DNA from: Patescibacteria group bacterium
GTDB taxonomy: Bacteria; Patescibacteriota; Patescibacteriia; Buchananbacterales; UBA6539
DNA: 64,000 bases
Assembly (NCBI GenBank): GCA_041662625.1
Contig: JBAZSB010000002.1
Span: 85,497-149,496 of the forward strand
Direction: 5' to 3'
Part shown: one piece after another, positions 37,982 to 47,578 of the stretch
Layout of the letters: each line of letters starts with the position of its first letter
Numbering within the stretch: the stretch's first letter is position 1
Made by a program: the position numbers and the translations under genes
The notes under the pieces: model-generated
Seen by the model: the letters and a program-made list of their open reading frames with translations, nothing else
The model's database searches: none
What the model was told of the DNA's origin: nothing

Positions 37982-38806
37982 ATGAAAAAAATATTTTTAA
38001 TAATTACCATAATTTTGAGTCTGGCTCTTTCCGGCTGTACCTTTTTTCAAAAGGATAATTTTATTAGCCCTGACGCAAAGAATGGCGCCTCAAGTTATGA
38101 AGAATCACCACTGGTAGACCCAAAAAATCTTGAAGCTAAAGTGCCGATTTTAATTTACCATCATATTCGTGAGGCAACGACAACTGACGCTGAAAAGAAC
38201 AAACAATTCATTCTTAGCCCGGCAGATTTTGAGCACCAGCTCCAGTACTTAAAGGATAATAATTTTGAGACAATTTCTTTGGCTGACTTGAATAACTACT
38301 TTGCCGGCCAGTTCAGCCTGCCCCAAAAACCAGTCATTATTACTTTTGACGATGGCCTAATCAGCCAATATACCAATGCCTTACCGCTTTTGCAAAAATA
38401 TAATTTTACCGCCACTTTTTTTATTTTTACTAATCCGATTGGCAAAAGCAAAAATTACCTGACCTGGGAACAGCTCAAAGAACTTGATAAGTTGGGAATG
38501 GAAATTGGCGTTCACGGTAAATATCATCTTTATTTAAACAAAGAAAAAGACCAAAAAAAATTGGCTGATGAAATCTTGGGCAGCAAAGAAAAAATTGAAG
38601 AAGAGCTGGGCAAAAAAATCAGCACTTTTTCCTATCCTTTCGGCGCCTATAATGACCAAGTAATTGAAATGGTAAAAAATGCCGGCTACACTTCAGCCCG
38701 CGATATTATTAACGGCGTAAGCCATAAAAAAGCCAATTTATACAAATTAAAAGCTTATTTTATCACCGATAGCTTCCCTCGCTTTACTAAAATAGTAGGG
38801 CAATAA
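37982..38806 (+). CDS. Polysaccharide deacetylase lipoprotein
   Basis: LSGC lipobox, PILIYH, ITFDDG, FSYPFG. Confidence 0.9.
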   Translation: MKKIFLIITIILSLALSGCTFFQKDNFISPDAKNGASSYEESPLVDPKNLEAKVPILIYHHIREATTTDAEKNKQFILSPADFEHQLQYLKDNNFETISLADLNNYFAGQFSLPQKPVIITFDDGLISQYTNALPLLQKYNFTATFFIFTNPIGKSKNYLTWEQLKELDKLGMEIGVHGKYHLYLNKEKDQKKLADEILGSKEKIEEELGKKISTFSYPFGAYNDQVIEMVKNAGYTSARDIINGVSHKKANLYKLKAYFITDSFPRFTKIVGQ

Positions 38807-38815
38807 TTGAAATAA

Positions 38816-38852
38816 TAAAAAGAAGGCCAGTTTTAAACCAGGCCTTCTTTTT
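38816..38852. terminator. Bidirectional intrinsic terminator
   Basis: aaaaagaaggcc...ggccttcttttt between convergent genes. Confidence 0.7.
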
Positions 38853-38861
38853 GGAAATGAT

Positions 38862-39638
38862 TTATTTCACTTGATAATTCAGACTAACTTCGATGATAAT
38901 TTCCTGTAAACCACTAGGAACTGAACCACCACCAGTGCCACCAGCGCTGGCACCGCCCTTGCCATCAGCATAATAAGCTATTGGGCTCCCCGGCGCCTGA
39001 ATAATATTTTCCCACCAGCCAACGACTTTTTTCAGTCGGATGCCCGCGGCTTGGGCGAGGCTACCGGCTTTACCTTTGGCATCAGAAATGGCCTTAATCC
39101 TGGCCTGATTTTTCAAATCTTCCAAATTAGAAACATCAAAAGAAACGCCATTAATTTGATTGGCCCCGGCTTCACTGCTTTTGGTAATAATGCTATTAAC
39201 TAAATCAGAATTCTGGTCAAGATTTCTGACCTTAACTACCACCTGCTGATTAGCATTATAACCGGCAGGAATAGTTTTGCCGTCGATATAATCATATTGG
39301 GAAAAAACTGTAAAATTTTGGGTCTGAATATCTTCTGGCGGGATACCAAGATCCTTCACAATTTTTAGAACTGCCGCCATTTTTTTGTTAAGTTGATCAA
39401 GTGCTACCTGAGCAGTTGCTGCCTTATCGATTTGCACTCCCAAATTGACAATGGCAATATCGGGTTGATATTTTATTTTGCCTTGGCCAATGACTGACAC
39501 CTGCCACTGGGGCGAATTGACGATGCGATCCCGTAAAATCGAAACTGTAATAATGCCGGCTAAAAGCAGCATACCAATTATGACTAAAATTACATGCGGG
39601 CTGCGCCAAGAGCAACAGGCGGATTCATTTTTTAACAT
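38862..39638 (-). CDS. SIMPL (DUF541) domain protein
   Basis: VSVIGQG..PDIA, GANQINGVSF, AISDAKGKA. Confidence 0.88.
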   Translation of the reverse strand: MLKNESACCSWRSPHVILVIIGMLLLAGIITVSILRDRIVNSPQWQVSVIGQGKIKYQPDIAIVNLGVQIDKAATAQVALDQLNKKMAAVLKIVKDLGIPPEDIQTQNFTVFSQYDYIDGKTIPAGYNANQQVVVKVRNLDQNSDLVNSIITKSSEAGANQINGVSFDVSNLEDLKNQARIKAISDAKGKAGSLAQAAGIRLKKVVGWWENIIQAPGSPIAYYADGKGGASAGGTGGGSVPSGLQEIIIEVSLNYQVK

Positions 39639-39792
39639 ATATTTTCCCTCTTCTGGCTTGAGGCTAAAGCCAATAATAATTTAATACCTCAAAATCAATT
39701 ATCTCATAGAAGAGGAAAAAATAAAATAGGTGGCAAAAATCAATAAAAATTACTTTTGCTTAGCCCTCTTCGGTGGGGTATAATAGAGATAT

Positions 39793-40395
39793 ATGAATAA
39801 CCGACTAACTAAACATCATTTAATTATTTTGGCGGCCAATGCTTTAATGGTAGTCATCTTTGCTTTTATATTTCTCGCGGATAAAAATTCAGAGTTTATT
39901 TATTATCTGATTTTAATTTTAGCGATGATTTCTTTAGTTTTTTATTCAATGAAAAAAATAAAATATACTTACGGTTTATTATGGTGGCTGTCGTTATGGG
40001 GATTAATGCATTTTGCCGGCGGTGGAATTTCTCTGAAAGGCCAAAGGCTCTATGACCTGATCCTAATACCAATCACCAATGACGTATTTCGTTATGACCA
40101 ATTAGTTCATATTATCGGCTTTGGGGCTTGCACCCTCTTGATGTACCAAATTATTCGAGCCTCTTTGAACTATCCGATCAAAGACTGGTTCGGCGTCGGA
40201 GTGGTGGTGGTGATGGCTGGCTTAGGCATCGGCGCTGTAAACGAAATCATCGAGTTTATTGCCGCCGCATCATTACCCAATACTAATAATGGAGGATACC
40301 TCAATACCTCTTTAGATCTGGTCGCAGATTTGATTGGCGGCCTTTTATTTTTTACTTATATTTACTTCAAAAATCGGGGGGCAAAAATCACTTAA
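39793..40395 (+). CDS. DUF2238-like membrane protein
   Basis: HFAGG, RYDQLVH, NEIIEF, DLVADLIG. Confidence 0.7.
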   Translation: MNNRLTKHHLIILAANALMVVIFAFIFLADKNSEFIYYLILILAMISLVFYSMKKIKYTYGLLWWLSLWGLMHFAGGGISLKGQRLYDLILIPITNDVFRYDQLVHIIGFGACTLLMYQIIRASLNYPIKDWFGVGVVVVMAGLGIGAVNEIIEFIAAASLPNTNNGGYLNTSLDLVADLIGGLLFFTYIYFKNRGAKIT

Positions 40396-40412
40396 AAATA
40401 ACTTTAGTCACT

Positions 40413-40441
40413 TGAAAGAAGCCCCCACTTTATTGCGTATT
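40413..40441 (+). promoter_or_regulatory. ECF (SigW/SigX-type) promoter upstream of the sigma gene
   Basis: TGAAAG-17-CGTATT; second copy TGAAAG-16-CGTATT at 41758-41785. Confidence 0.6.
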
Positions 40442-40448
40442 AATCTAT

Positions 40449-41015
40449 ATGGTGGAAAGCCCTGAATTTGCCAAAAAAACCGACTCTGAACTAGTAGAAT
40501 TGACCCTGGAAAATCAGGACAATTTTTTATATATCGTCAACCGCTACGAGACTAAGTTGCTTCATTTCATCCGGCGTATCTCCAATGTTTCTCTTGACGA
40601 AGCCCGTGATTTGCTGCAAGAAGTTTTTATCAAAGTCTACCAAAACCTCAATGACTTTAACCCAAGTTTAAAATTTTCTTCCTGGATTTACCGGATTACC
40701 CGAAACCACGTAATTTCCCATTACCGAAAAAATAAAAATAAACCAATCCTGCTGGCGGCAGAAATTAATGAAGAAGCGCTAAACAATTTATCCAGTGAAT
40801 TTGACATTGATAAAAAAATCGACCAGCAGATACTAAAACAAAGTATCGACGGAATCCTAAACCAAATGGACAACCGCTATAAAGAAGTAATCGTCTTAAA
40901 ATATTTTGAAGAAAAAAATTACCAGGAAATTTCTGACATTATTAAAAAACCAACTGGTACCGTTGCCACTTACCTCAACCGGGGTAAAAAGCAGTTTAAA
41001 GAAAAATTTAAATAA
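40449..41015 (+). CDS. ECF RNA polymerase sigma factor
   Basis: DLLQEVFIKVY, FSSWIYRI, YQEISDI, GTVATYLNRG. Confidence 0.92.
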   Translation: MVESPEFAKKTDSELVELTLENQDNFLYIVNRYETKLLHFIRRISNVSLDEARDLLQEVFIKVYQNLNDFNPSLKFSSWIYRITRNHVISHYRKNKNKPILLAAEINEEALNNLSSEFDIDKKIDQQILKQSIDGILNQMDNRYKEVIVLKYFEEKNYQEISDIIKKPTGTVATYLNRGKKQFKEKFK

Positions 41016-41016
41016 T

Positions 41017-41760
41017 ATGACTGAACAAATTGGCGAAAAGATTCTAGAAAAAATTAAAGAAGGCCATATCAAGCCTAAACCCAGATGGGAATTTTTGCTT
41101 AAAAATTATGTTACCTGGGCAATTTTTGCTATTGCGATTTTGATCGGCAGCCAGGCCACCGGCGTAATGATTTTCATGATGAATCACACCGAATGGGAAG
41201 ATTATATTCAGCAAGAAAGCTTCCCTCAGCAAATTTTAATGAATCTGCCTTTCTTTTGGCTGGTTGTTTTAATAATTTTTATCGCTGTGGCTTTCTATAA
41301 TATCAAACATACTAAACAAGGCTACAAACATAGCCCTTTGATCATTGTCTTGCTCAGTATTATCATCAGCCTGGCGATTGGTACCATTGTTTATGCAACT
41401 GGCGGCGGGGAAAGACTGGAAGATATCTTTTATCGTCGGGTTGGATTCTACCAACAAATTATGCGCCAAAGCGGCCGAATGTTTATTAATCCAGAACAAG
41501 GCCGGATTGCTGGAGTAATAATAGAAATTACTCCGGATTCGGTTATTGTTGAAGATTTTCAGGGTAATATCTGGAAGATTGTAACCAGCACAGAAAATCT
41601 TATTTTGGGACAACGTGTCCATATCTTGGGTAACATGCTACCGGATCAACAATTTGAAACACAAATAATTAAACCACACTTCCGGCCTTTTCGGCCACCA
41701 AAAAATCCGTGTTTAGATCCTCAAATCTGTCCCGGTCCACCGCCAATGCCAGGACTCTGA
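41017..41760 (+). CDS. Membrane protein, putative anti-sigma factor
   Basis: Directly after the sigma gene; 3 TM helices; start at ATG 41017. Confidence 0.7.
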   Translation: MTEQIGEKILEKIKEGHIKPKPRWEFLLKNYVTWAIFAIAILIGSQATGVMIFMMNHTEWEDYIQQESFPQQILMNLPFFWLVVLIIFIAVAFYNIKHTKQGYKHSPLIIVLLSIIISLAIGTIVYATGGGERLEDIFYRRVGFYQQIMRQSGRMFINPEQGRIAGVIIEITPDSVIVEDFQGNIWKIVTSTENLILGQRVHILGNMLPDQQFETQIIKPHFRPFRPPKNPCLDPQICPGPPPMPGL

Positions 41761-41842
41761 AAGAAAATTTTAAACCAGACGTATTACTAAATATAAAAGG
41801 AATTTTGGCCAATTCCAAATTAACAATTAAAGTAATACGCCT

Positions 41843-42298
41843 ATGAAGAAATCCTATTATTTGGCATCAGCGATTTTGGGGCTATTAATTACCACTGCGG
41901 CGATTGGTTTCACCACTTTAGCGGCGTCAGATAATCAGGGGCCGGCTGACCAAGCTGGCCGAAGGGAAGAAAAAAGAGAAATTCACCAAGCCATAATTAA
42001 TAATAATTATGAAACTTGGGAAACCGCAATGCAAGAAATGGTGGCTGACCTACGTGCCAAAGCTGATGAGATGGAGGCAAAAATAAACCAGGACACCTTC
42101 AATAAACTGGTTTTAGCTGATCAGCTAATGAAAGATGGCAAAACTGATGAAGCCAAAGCTATCTTTGAAGAATTAGGCATGGGTGGCCCTGGCCCAATGG
42201 GGCATGGCGGACCAAGAGGTAATCACCAACCGCTAAATGACGCCGCTAGCAATAGGCAAATGCCACAACCTCCTGAACAAGCGCCTGCTGCTGAATAA
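41843..42298 (+). CDS. Secreted helical hypothetical protein
   Basis: Signal peptide, Gly/Pro-rich tail; preceded by the ECF-type promoter. Confidence 0.75.
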   Translation: MKKSYYLASAILGLLITTAAIGFTTLAASDNQGPADQAGRREEKREIHQAIINNNYETWETAMQEMVADLRAKADEMEAKINQDTFNKLVLADQLMKDGKTDEAKAIFEELGMGGPGPMGHGGPRGNHQPLNDAASNRQMPQPPEQAPAAE

Positions 42299-42351
42299 TA
42301 AAAACTAAAAATAAAATCACAATTAAATTCAGGAAACAAGACACCTCCTTT

Positions 42352-42404
42352 CAAAAAATCGCCCCGAGTTTATCAAGGGGCGATTTTTTGGTATACTTAT
42401 GCTA
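42352..42404 (+). repeat. 53-bp terminator + extended -10 module, copy 2
   Basis: Matches 34115-34167. Confidence 0.8.
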
Positions 42405-42427
42405 ATAGTTATCAAAGTTATATTCTT

Positions 42428-43198
42428 ATGTTATTACCAATAATTCTTGCTACTCTCTTAATCGGCCTAATTTCACTGGCCGGCGTTATTATAATCTTTA
42501 ACCGTAAAGTAAAGCCGGAATTTTTAAAATCATTAATCAGTTTAGCGGCCGGTTCACTTTTGGCCGTATCATTTCTAGATTTACTGCCAGAAGCCTTGGA
42601 ACAAAGTAATTTTAAACCCCAGCTTATTTTTGGCATTACTCTGGTGAGTATTTTATTTTTCTTTCTCTTTGAACGAGTTTTGCACTGGCATCATTGCCGT
42701 TGCGAGCTTCAAGGTTTGCCTTGCGGGCAGAATCGGGATAAAAAAAACTTGATTTATCTAAACTTAAGTGGTGATGGAATTCATAATTTAGTTGATGGCT
42801 TTTTGGTGGCTTCGGCTTTTATGCTTGATTTCCGAACCGGAATTGTAGTAACTTTAGCTGTAGTTATCCATGAAATTCCCCAGGAAATTTCCGATTTTGG
42901 TATTTTGCTTTATGCCGGCCTAAACAAAATTCGGGCTTTGGCCTATAATTTTTTTGTCGCTTTAACGGCAATTTTTGGGGCAATTGTTTTTTATTATTTC
43001 GGCAGTAATTTCGAACCAGCCGTTCCTTTGATGGTAGCTTTTGCGGCTGGTAATTTTATCTATTTGGCTACAGCTGACTTAATGCCGGAACTTCACCAGG
43101 AAAAAGATCCCCAAAAAATAATCCAGCACTCCTTTTGGCTTATCATTGGTGTTATTATTATTTATTTGGTTGGCTGGATTGCGCCCCATTCTGGCTAG
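42428..43198 (+). CDS. ZIP-family metal transporter
   Basis: DGIHNLVDG, HEIPQEISDFG, His-rich loop. Confidence 0.92.
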   Translation: MLLPIILATLLIGLISLAGVIIIFNRKVKPEFLKSLISLAAGSLLAVSFLDLLPEALEQSNFKPQLIFGITLVSILFFFLFERVLHWHHCRCELQGLPCGQNRDKKNLIYLNLSGDGIHNLVDGFLVASAFMLDFRTGIVVTLAVVIHEIPQEISDFGILLYAGLNKIRALAYNFFVALTAIFGAIVFYYFGSNFEPAVPLMVAFAAGNFIYLATADLMPELHQEKDPQKIIQHSFWLIIGVIIIYLVGWIAPHSG

Positions 43199-43277
43199 TA
43201 GCCAGTAAAAATCTCAATTGGCCAAAAAGGGTGAAGAACCCTCTTTTTTTTATCCACAAGCCAAGCCTTGACAATAC

Positions 43278-43321
43278 TGTTAGAAATATATAACATGACT
43301 ATGTGTTAATTATTTCTAACA
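43278..43321. promoter_or_regulatory. Paired palindromic operators (probably for the XRE regulator)
   Basis: TGTTAGAAATATATAACA (43278-43295) and TGTTAATTATTTCTAACA (43304-43321), just downstream of TTGACA at 43268. Confidence 0.6.
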
Positions 43322-43328
43322 TAAAATT

Positions 43329-43874
43329 ATGACTTTAAAACAATTCCAAACGATTAAATTAGTCACTGTAGTCATTTTGGCCATCATTTTTAGCCGATCA
43401 ATAATCTACGAAAATTACCTAGTTCCTGTCGTCGTTTTAGTAATAAGCACCCTGGTTCTTTGGTATCTACGTCGTTATGTCAAAGAAGTGATTGCTGATG
43501 AACGCGACTGGCAGACCGCCGGCAAAGCTGCCAGCCTGGCAATCCAAATCTATGCTTGGTTTGCCGTAATTGTAATGATAGTCCTTTATGCCCAGCGCGA
43601 TCTAAACCCATCCTATTTACCAATCGCTGCTACTCTAGCCTACTCGACTTGTTTTTTAATGCTTTTGTATGCTTTGATTTTTCGCTACTACCATAAGTTT
43701 AGTTTGTCGAATAAAAAAACATTTTATCTCATAGCAATTATTTTAGCAATTGCTGTACTGGCGGTTTTTGGCCTGCGACTTTTTTCCGGCGAGGATGATT
43801 GGATTTGTGTTGACGGTCAATGGGTTGAACATGGCCATCCTGATTTTCCCGCACCAGATCAACAATGCCAATAA
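43329..43874 (+). CDS. DUF2178-family membrane protein
   Basis: ADERD...KAA; C-terminal EDDWICVDGQWVEHGHP. Confidence 0.75.
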   Translation: MTLKQFQTIKLVTVVILAIIFSRSIIYENYLVPVVVLVISTLVLWYLRRYVKEVIADERDWQTAGKAASLAIQIYAWFAVIVMIVLYAQRDLNPSYLPIAATLAYSTCFLMLLYALIFRYYHKFSLSNKKTFYLIAIILAIAVLAVFGLRLFSGEDDWICVDGQWVEHGHPDFPAPDQQCQ

Positions 43875-43892
43875 TTAATAACCAATAAAATT

Positions 43893-44327
43893 ATGAAAAA
43901 AGACAAAATTCGCCTTATCCTAATTGCCACTGGAACTATTTTACTTTTAACCACGGCAATTTTATATAGTTTGATGATAGCCCAAAAAGAAAAAATAAAT
44001 TTAGGGAATTTAATCCCTCTGATTATTCCGTTACTTATTATCATCTTTATGGCATTTTTTATCATTAGGCGATATAAAGGTATAAAATCAGGCATGCCGC
44101 TGGAAGATGAGTATTCAAAAAAAGTAATGCTTAAAGCTAGCTCTGTATCCTATTATCTTACTTTGTATTGGCTGCTTTTTATTGGCTGGTTTGAAGAACC
44201 AATTGCTAATTTATTCGGCTTGCAACATTTAGATGCTGGCCAAACGACTGGCGCTGGCATTGTCGGCATGGCAATATTTCTTTTTGCCTTGTGGTTTTAT
44301 TACAGCAAAAAACCAAATCTGGCCTAA
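43893..44327 (+). CDS. DUF2178-like membrane protein
   Basis: [16 protein letters not shown]; 4 TM helices. Confidence 0.7.
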   Translation: MKKDKIRLILIATGTILLLTTAILYSLMIAQKEKINLGNLIPLIIPLLIIIFMAFFIIRRYKGIKSGMPLEDEYSKKVMLKASSVSYYLTLYWLLFIGWFEEPIANLFGLQHLDAGQTTGAGIVGMAIFLFALWFYYSKKPNLA

Positions 44328-44328
44328 T

Positions 44329-44520
44329 ATGAAAAATAAAATAAAAGAATTAAGAACAAAATATAACCTAACACAAGAGGAACTCGCCAGACGGGTTGGC
44401 GTCCGGCGCGAAACTATTGTTTTTTTGGAACAAGGCAAATATAATCCTTCGTTGCAATTGGCCCATGACGTCGCCGAAGCTCTCAAAACAAAACTTGATG
44501 AATTGTTTACTTTTGATTAA
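44329..44520 (+). CDS. XRE-family HTH regulator
   Basis: MKNKIKELR...[28 protein letters not shown]. Confidence 0.9.
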   Translation: MKNKIKELRTKYNLTQEELARRVGVRRETIVFLEQGKYNPSLQLAHDVAEALKTKLDELFTFD

Positions 44521-44614
44521 ATAGCAATCAAAAAAATGACACTTTTAAATTAAAGTGGCATTATAATAATTATTGGTCCAGTCATTTGAACTTAAGCCAC
44601 TGGGTTACCTAGAT

Positions 44615-45415
44615 TCAGTGGTATTTTTTAAAAGGCCAAAATAATATTTTTGTCGCTAAAAAATGGATGAAAGAAATAATTACAGCATAGCTGAAAACGG
44701 CAATAAAGATACTGAAGTAACTCATGATTTTCAAAATTAATTTTGTCGCATCAAATTGAAGAATAAAGGCAAAGATATCAAAAAATAACAAGCTAAAAAT
44801 AATAAAAAGTAAGCCTTGCCACATTCCTCTTCGGTCTTGCTTGCTCGGGCTCATATGGGTAGCAATACAAAAAGAAGTATATAAAAAAAGCCAGAAATGC
44901 CAGCTGGAAATATTAGCCAGGTTGAACAGCTTGACTAAAATCTGCCAAATTGACTGACAAAAAATAACAAAGGATAATTGGCTAAAAGAAAACTCATTAA
45001 AAATTTCTAGGCCATTAGGCACTAAAAAAATAAGCAAAATAACCAGAATAATTGAACCAAAAATCATTGGCCCTAAGGCAATAAAAAAATTACCAATATT
45101 TTGGTAAAAACTTTTTTCGGAATAAGAATGGTCGACCCAACCCAATTCTCCAGTAGCAAAATCAGGTTGAAATAAGGCCACTCGGTTAATTTTATGAAAA
45201 AAAACTTTAGCAAAAATAATATGGCTTAACTCATGAATTGGCGTTCCCAACCAGCCAGTCCAAAAAATGCCCTTCCAGCCAACACTTTTTTGGTAATTAT
45301 CCAAAGTCCACTTCTGCAGTTTAGTCAGAATAAAACCAAAAACAAAAAAAATACCAAAAATAATGAATAATTGGACAATAACTAACAAAATGATTTGTAA
45401 AATAAATTGCTCCAT
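44615..45415 (-). CDS. Membrane metallopeptidase-like protein (M50-like)
   Basis: GTPIHELSH, LGWVDH, FIALGP. Confidence 0.65.
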   Translation of the reverse strand: MEQFILQIILLVIVQLFIIFGIFFVFGFILTKLQKWTLDNYQKSVGWKGIFWTGWLGTPIHELSHIIFAKVFFHKINRVALFQPDFATGELGWVDHSYSEKSFYQNIGNFFIALGPMIFGSIILVILLIFLVPNGLEIFNEFSFSQLSFVIFCQSIWQILVKLFNLANISSWHFWLFLYTSFCIATHMSPSKQDRRGMWQGLLFIIFSLLFFDIFAFILQFDATKLILKIMSYFSIFIAVFSYAVIISFIHFLATKILFWPFKKYH

Positions 45416-45480
45416 CCTGATTTAATTATATATATAGATTGAAAAATTAGCCAATTTGGGTTAGAATATTAATACTATTT

Positions 45481-45633
45481 ATGATAATACTAAGCATTGA
45501 AAGCTCCTGTGACCCCGCCCCAATTCCGCGAGACACATTAATAAAATTTTTAGGTCAAGTGGGCGCGGAGTCGCCTTACGGCTTACTCTCCCCGATGAAC
45601 AAAGTTTAGGTTATAGAATTGGAGCGGGGCGAG
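45481..45633 (+). pseudogene. Stranded tsaD 5' remnant (MIILSIESSCDE) split by a 117-bp element
   Basis: atg ata ata cta agc att gaa agc tcc tgt ga^c gag; gaaagctcctgtgac is repeated at 45693-45707 inside tsaD. Confidence 0.8.
45513..45629 (+). mobile_element. 117-bp MITE-like / structured element, copy A
   Basis: TIR ccccgccccaattc / gaattggagcgggg; similar to the reverse complement of 63276-63392. Confidence 0.65.
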
Positions 45634-45656
45634 ATGAAGTACCAATCAAACTTTTT

Positions 45657-46694
45657 ATGAATAAAGAAAATAATCTCATTATTTTAGGAATAGAAAGCTC
45701 CTGTGACGAAACCGCTGCTGCCTTAGTTCAAAAACGAGGAAGCATTTTTAAAATACTTTCAAGTGTAGTATCTTCCCAAATCGAAATCCATAAAAAATAC
45801 GGCGGCGTAGTACCCGAAGTTGCCGCCAGAAATCACATCCTCAATATTATTCCAGTCATCGATCAGGCTTTAGTTGAAGCCAAAGTTAAGCCCGGCCAAA
45901 TTGATAAAATTGCTGTGACCACTGGGCCGGGACTAATCACTTCACTGCTGATTGGTGTTGAAACCGCCAAAACTTTGGCTTACACCTGGCAAAAGCCAAT
46001 TTGCAGCATTAACCACCTTAAGGCCCACCTTTACGCTAACTGGCTAAGTAACCAGCCAATTAAATTCCCTGCCCTGGCATTGATTGTTTCTGGCGGCCAT
46101 ACAGAATTGATTTTAATGAAAAATGAAAAGAGTCTAAAAAAAATCGGCCAGACTTTAGATGATGCCGCCGGTGAAGCTTTTGATAAAGTGGCTCAATTAC
46201 TAAATATTGGCTATCCGGGCGGACCAATAATTTCTCAGTTGGCAAAAAAGGGAAATACCCAAGCTTTTAACTTTGCCCGGCCTATGATTAACAGTAGCGA
46301 TTTTAACTTCAGCTTTTCCGGCCTGAAAACCTCAGTACTCTATACCATCCAAAAGCTCAGAGTTCAGAGTTCAGAGTTCAGAGCCGCCAACTCCAAGCTC
46401 AAAGCTGACCTCTGTGCTTCATTCCAGCAAGCCGCAGTTGATGTCTTGGTGGCAAAAACTTTCAAAGCGGCCAAATATTATCAAGCCAAAACCGTGATGC
46501 TATCTGGCGGCGTCGCCGCTAACTCGCTTTTGCGTGAAAGCTTAAAGCTCAAAGCCCAAAGCTTAAAGCTAAATTTTTTAATGCCAAACATCAACCTCTG
46601 CACTGACAATGCCGCTATGATTGCGGCAGCCGCCACTTTTGAAAAACCAACCCCTTGGCAGAAACTCAGAGTCGATCCGAATTTAGAGATATAA
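45657..46694 (+). CDS. tsaD: tRNA threonylcarbamoyltransferase TsaD
   Basis: GIESSCDET, YGGVVPEVAARNH, GPG, NHLKAH, VSGGHT, DDAAGEAFDK, CTDNAAMI. Confidence 0.96.
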   Translation: MNKENNLIILGIESSCDETAAALVQKRGSIFKILSSVVSSQIEIHKKYGGVVPEVAARNHILNIIPVIDQALVEAKVKPGQIDKIAVTTGPGLITSLLIGVETAKTLAYTWQKPICSINHLKAHLYANWLSNQPIKFPALALIVSGGHTELILMKNEKSLKKIGQTLDDAAGEAFDKVAQLLNIGYPGGPIISQLAKKGNTQAFNFARPMINSSDFNFSFSGLKTSVLYTIQKLRVQSSEFRAANSKLKADLCASFQQAAVDVLVAKTFKAAKYYQAKTVMLSGGVAANSLLRESLKLKAQSLKLNFLMPNINLCTDNAAMIAAAATFEKPTPWQKLRVDPNLEI

Positions 46695-46721
46695 AAAAGC
46701 ACAACCCTACGTGCCGCAAGA

Positions 46722-47045
46722 TTATGCTTGCTGATCTTTAACCTGTCGAGTGATGCGCAAGAAACGCGCGAAGCGCTTACCGCTCCATCGGCTTTCTTCA
46801 CAAGAGAAGGTTTTGCCCTCCCAAGCAGCTTCAAGGATTTCATCCGGTTCAGCCGCGACGTTCAGGGCCTGCTGAAAAAACGGCTGAAAATCGAGGCTGT
46901 CCCAAGCTGGGTCAAAACGACGGGCCGTAACGGCAGTCACACAAACCCGAACCGATGCGCAGCCGGATTTCAAATCACTCAAAACCCTACACAGAGTGAC
47001 GGAAAAATCCTTATTCGCATCCTGATGGTAGACTCTTGTCTTCAT
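46722..47045 (-). CDS. Hypothetical orphan protein
   Basis: GC-rich, GGGAGGG SD before ATG 47045; lies between tsaD and tsaE. Confidence 0.55.
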   Translation of the reverse strand: MKTRVYHQDANKDFSVTLCRVLSDLKSGCASVRVCVTAVTARRFDPAWDSLDFQPFFQQALNVAAEPDEILEAAWEGKTFSCEESRWSGKRFARFLRITRQVKDQQA

Positions 47046-47133
47046 CTATTCCCTCCCTGACCTAGCCCCACTGGCTAGTCGGTCGTTGACTCTAATCAAA
47101 ATCAGCCTATTACCTTATAATAAAACCAGTAAA

Positions 47134-47577
47134 ATGTCAATAAAAAAAATACTCACTAAATCTGAAAAACAAACCCATAGCTTAGGGAAAAAATTGGCTA
47201 AGCAACTTAGAGGTGGCGAAGTTTTGGCGTTGACTGGCCAGCTAGGTGCGGGCAAGACAGTTTTGGTCAAAGGTATTGCCGCGGGTTTAGGTATAAAAAA
47301 AATTATTACCAGCCCAACCTTTGTGCTGATGAAAGTCTACCACCTACAACCTACCACCTACAACCTACCACCTACTCAACTCGTCCACATTGACTGCTAC
47401 AGGACATCAAGCCAGCAAGAAATTGCTGACATCGGCGCTGCTGAATACTTTGGCCGAAAAGACACAATTACCGTCATTGAATGGGCGGAAAAAATAAAAA
47501 AAATCCTCCCTTCACAAAAAATTGAAATTGAGATAAGGTTAAAGCGCCAAAATACCAGAGAAATAACCATAAAATAA
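47134..47577 (+). CDS. tsaE: tRNA threonylcarbamoyladenosine biosynthesis ATPase TsaE
   Basis: GQLGAGKT, SPTFVLMKVY, HIDCYR, IEWAE. Confidence 0.95.
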   Translation: MSIKKILTKSEKQTHSLGKKLAKQLRGGEVLALTGQLGAGKTVLVKGIAAGLGIKKIITSPTFVLMKVYHLQPTTYNLPPTQLVHIDCYRTSSQQEIADIGAAEYFGRKDTITVIEWAEKIKKILPSQKIEIEIRLKRQNTREITIK

Positions 47578-47578
47578 T

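Noticed and set aside
43250-43258. DnaA box TTATCCACA as part of oriC
   Set aside because: Single perfect box; the matches near 17010-17060 are degenerate; no dnaA/dnaN in the window.
46728-47060. Plus-strand 110-aa ORF between tsaD and tsaE
   Set aside because: The minus-strand ORF has the clear SD; the strand choice remains somewhat uncertain.
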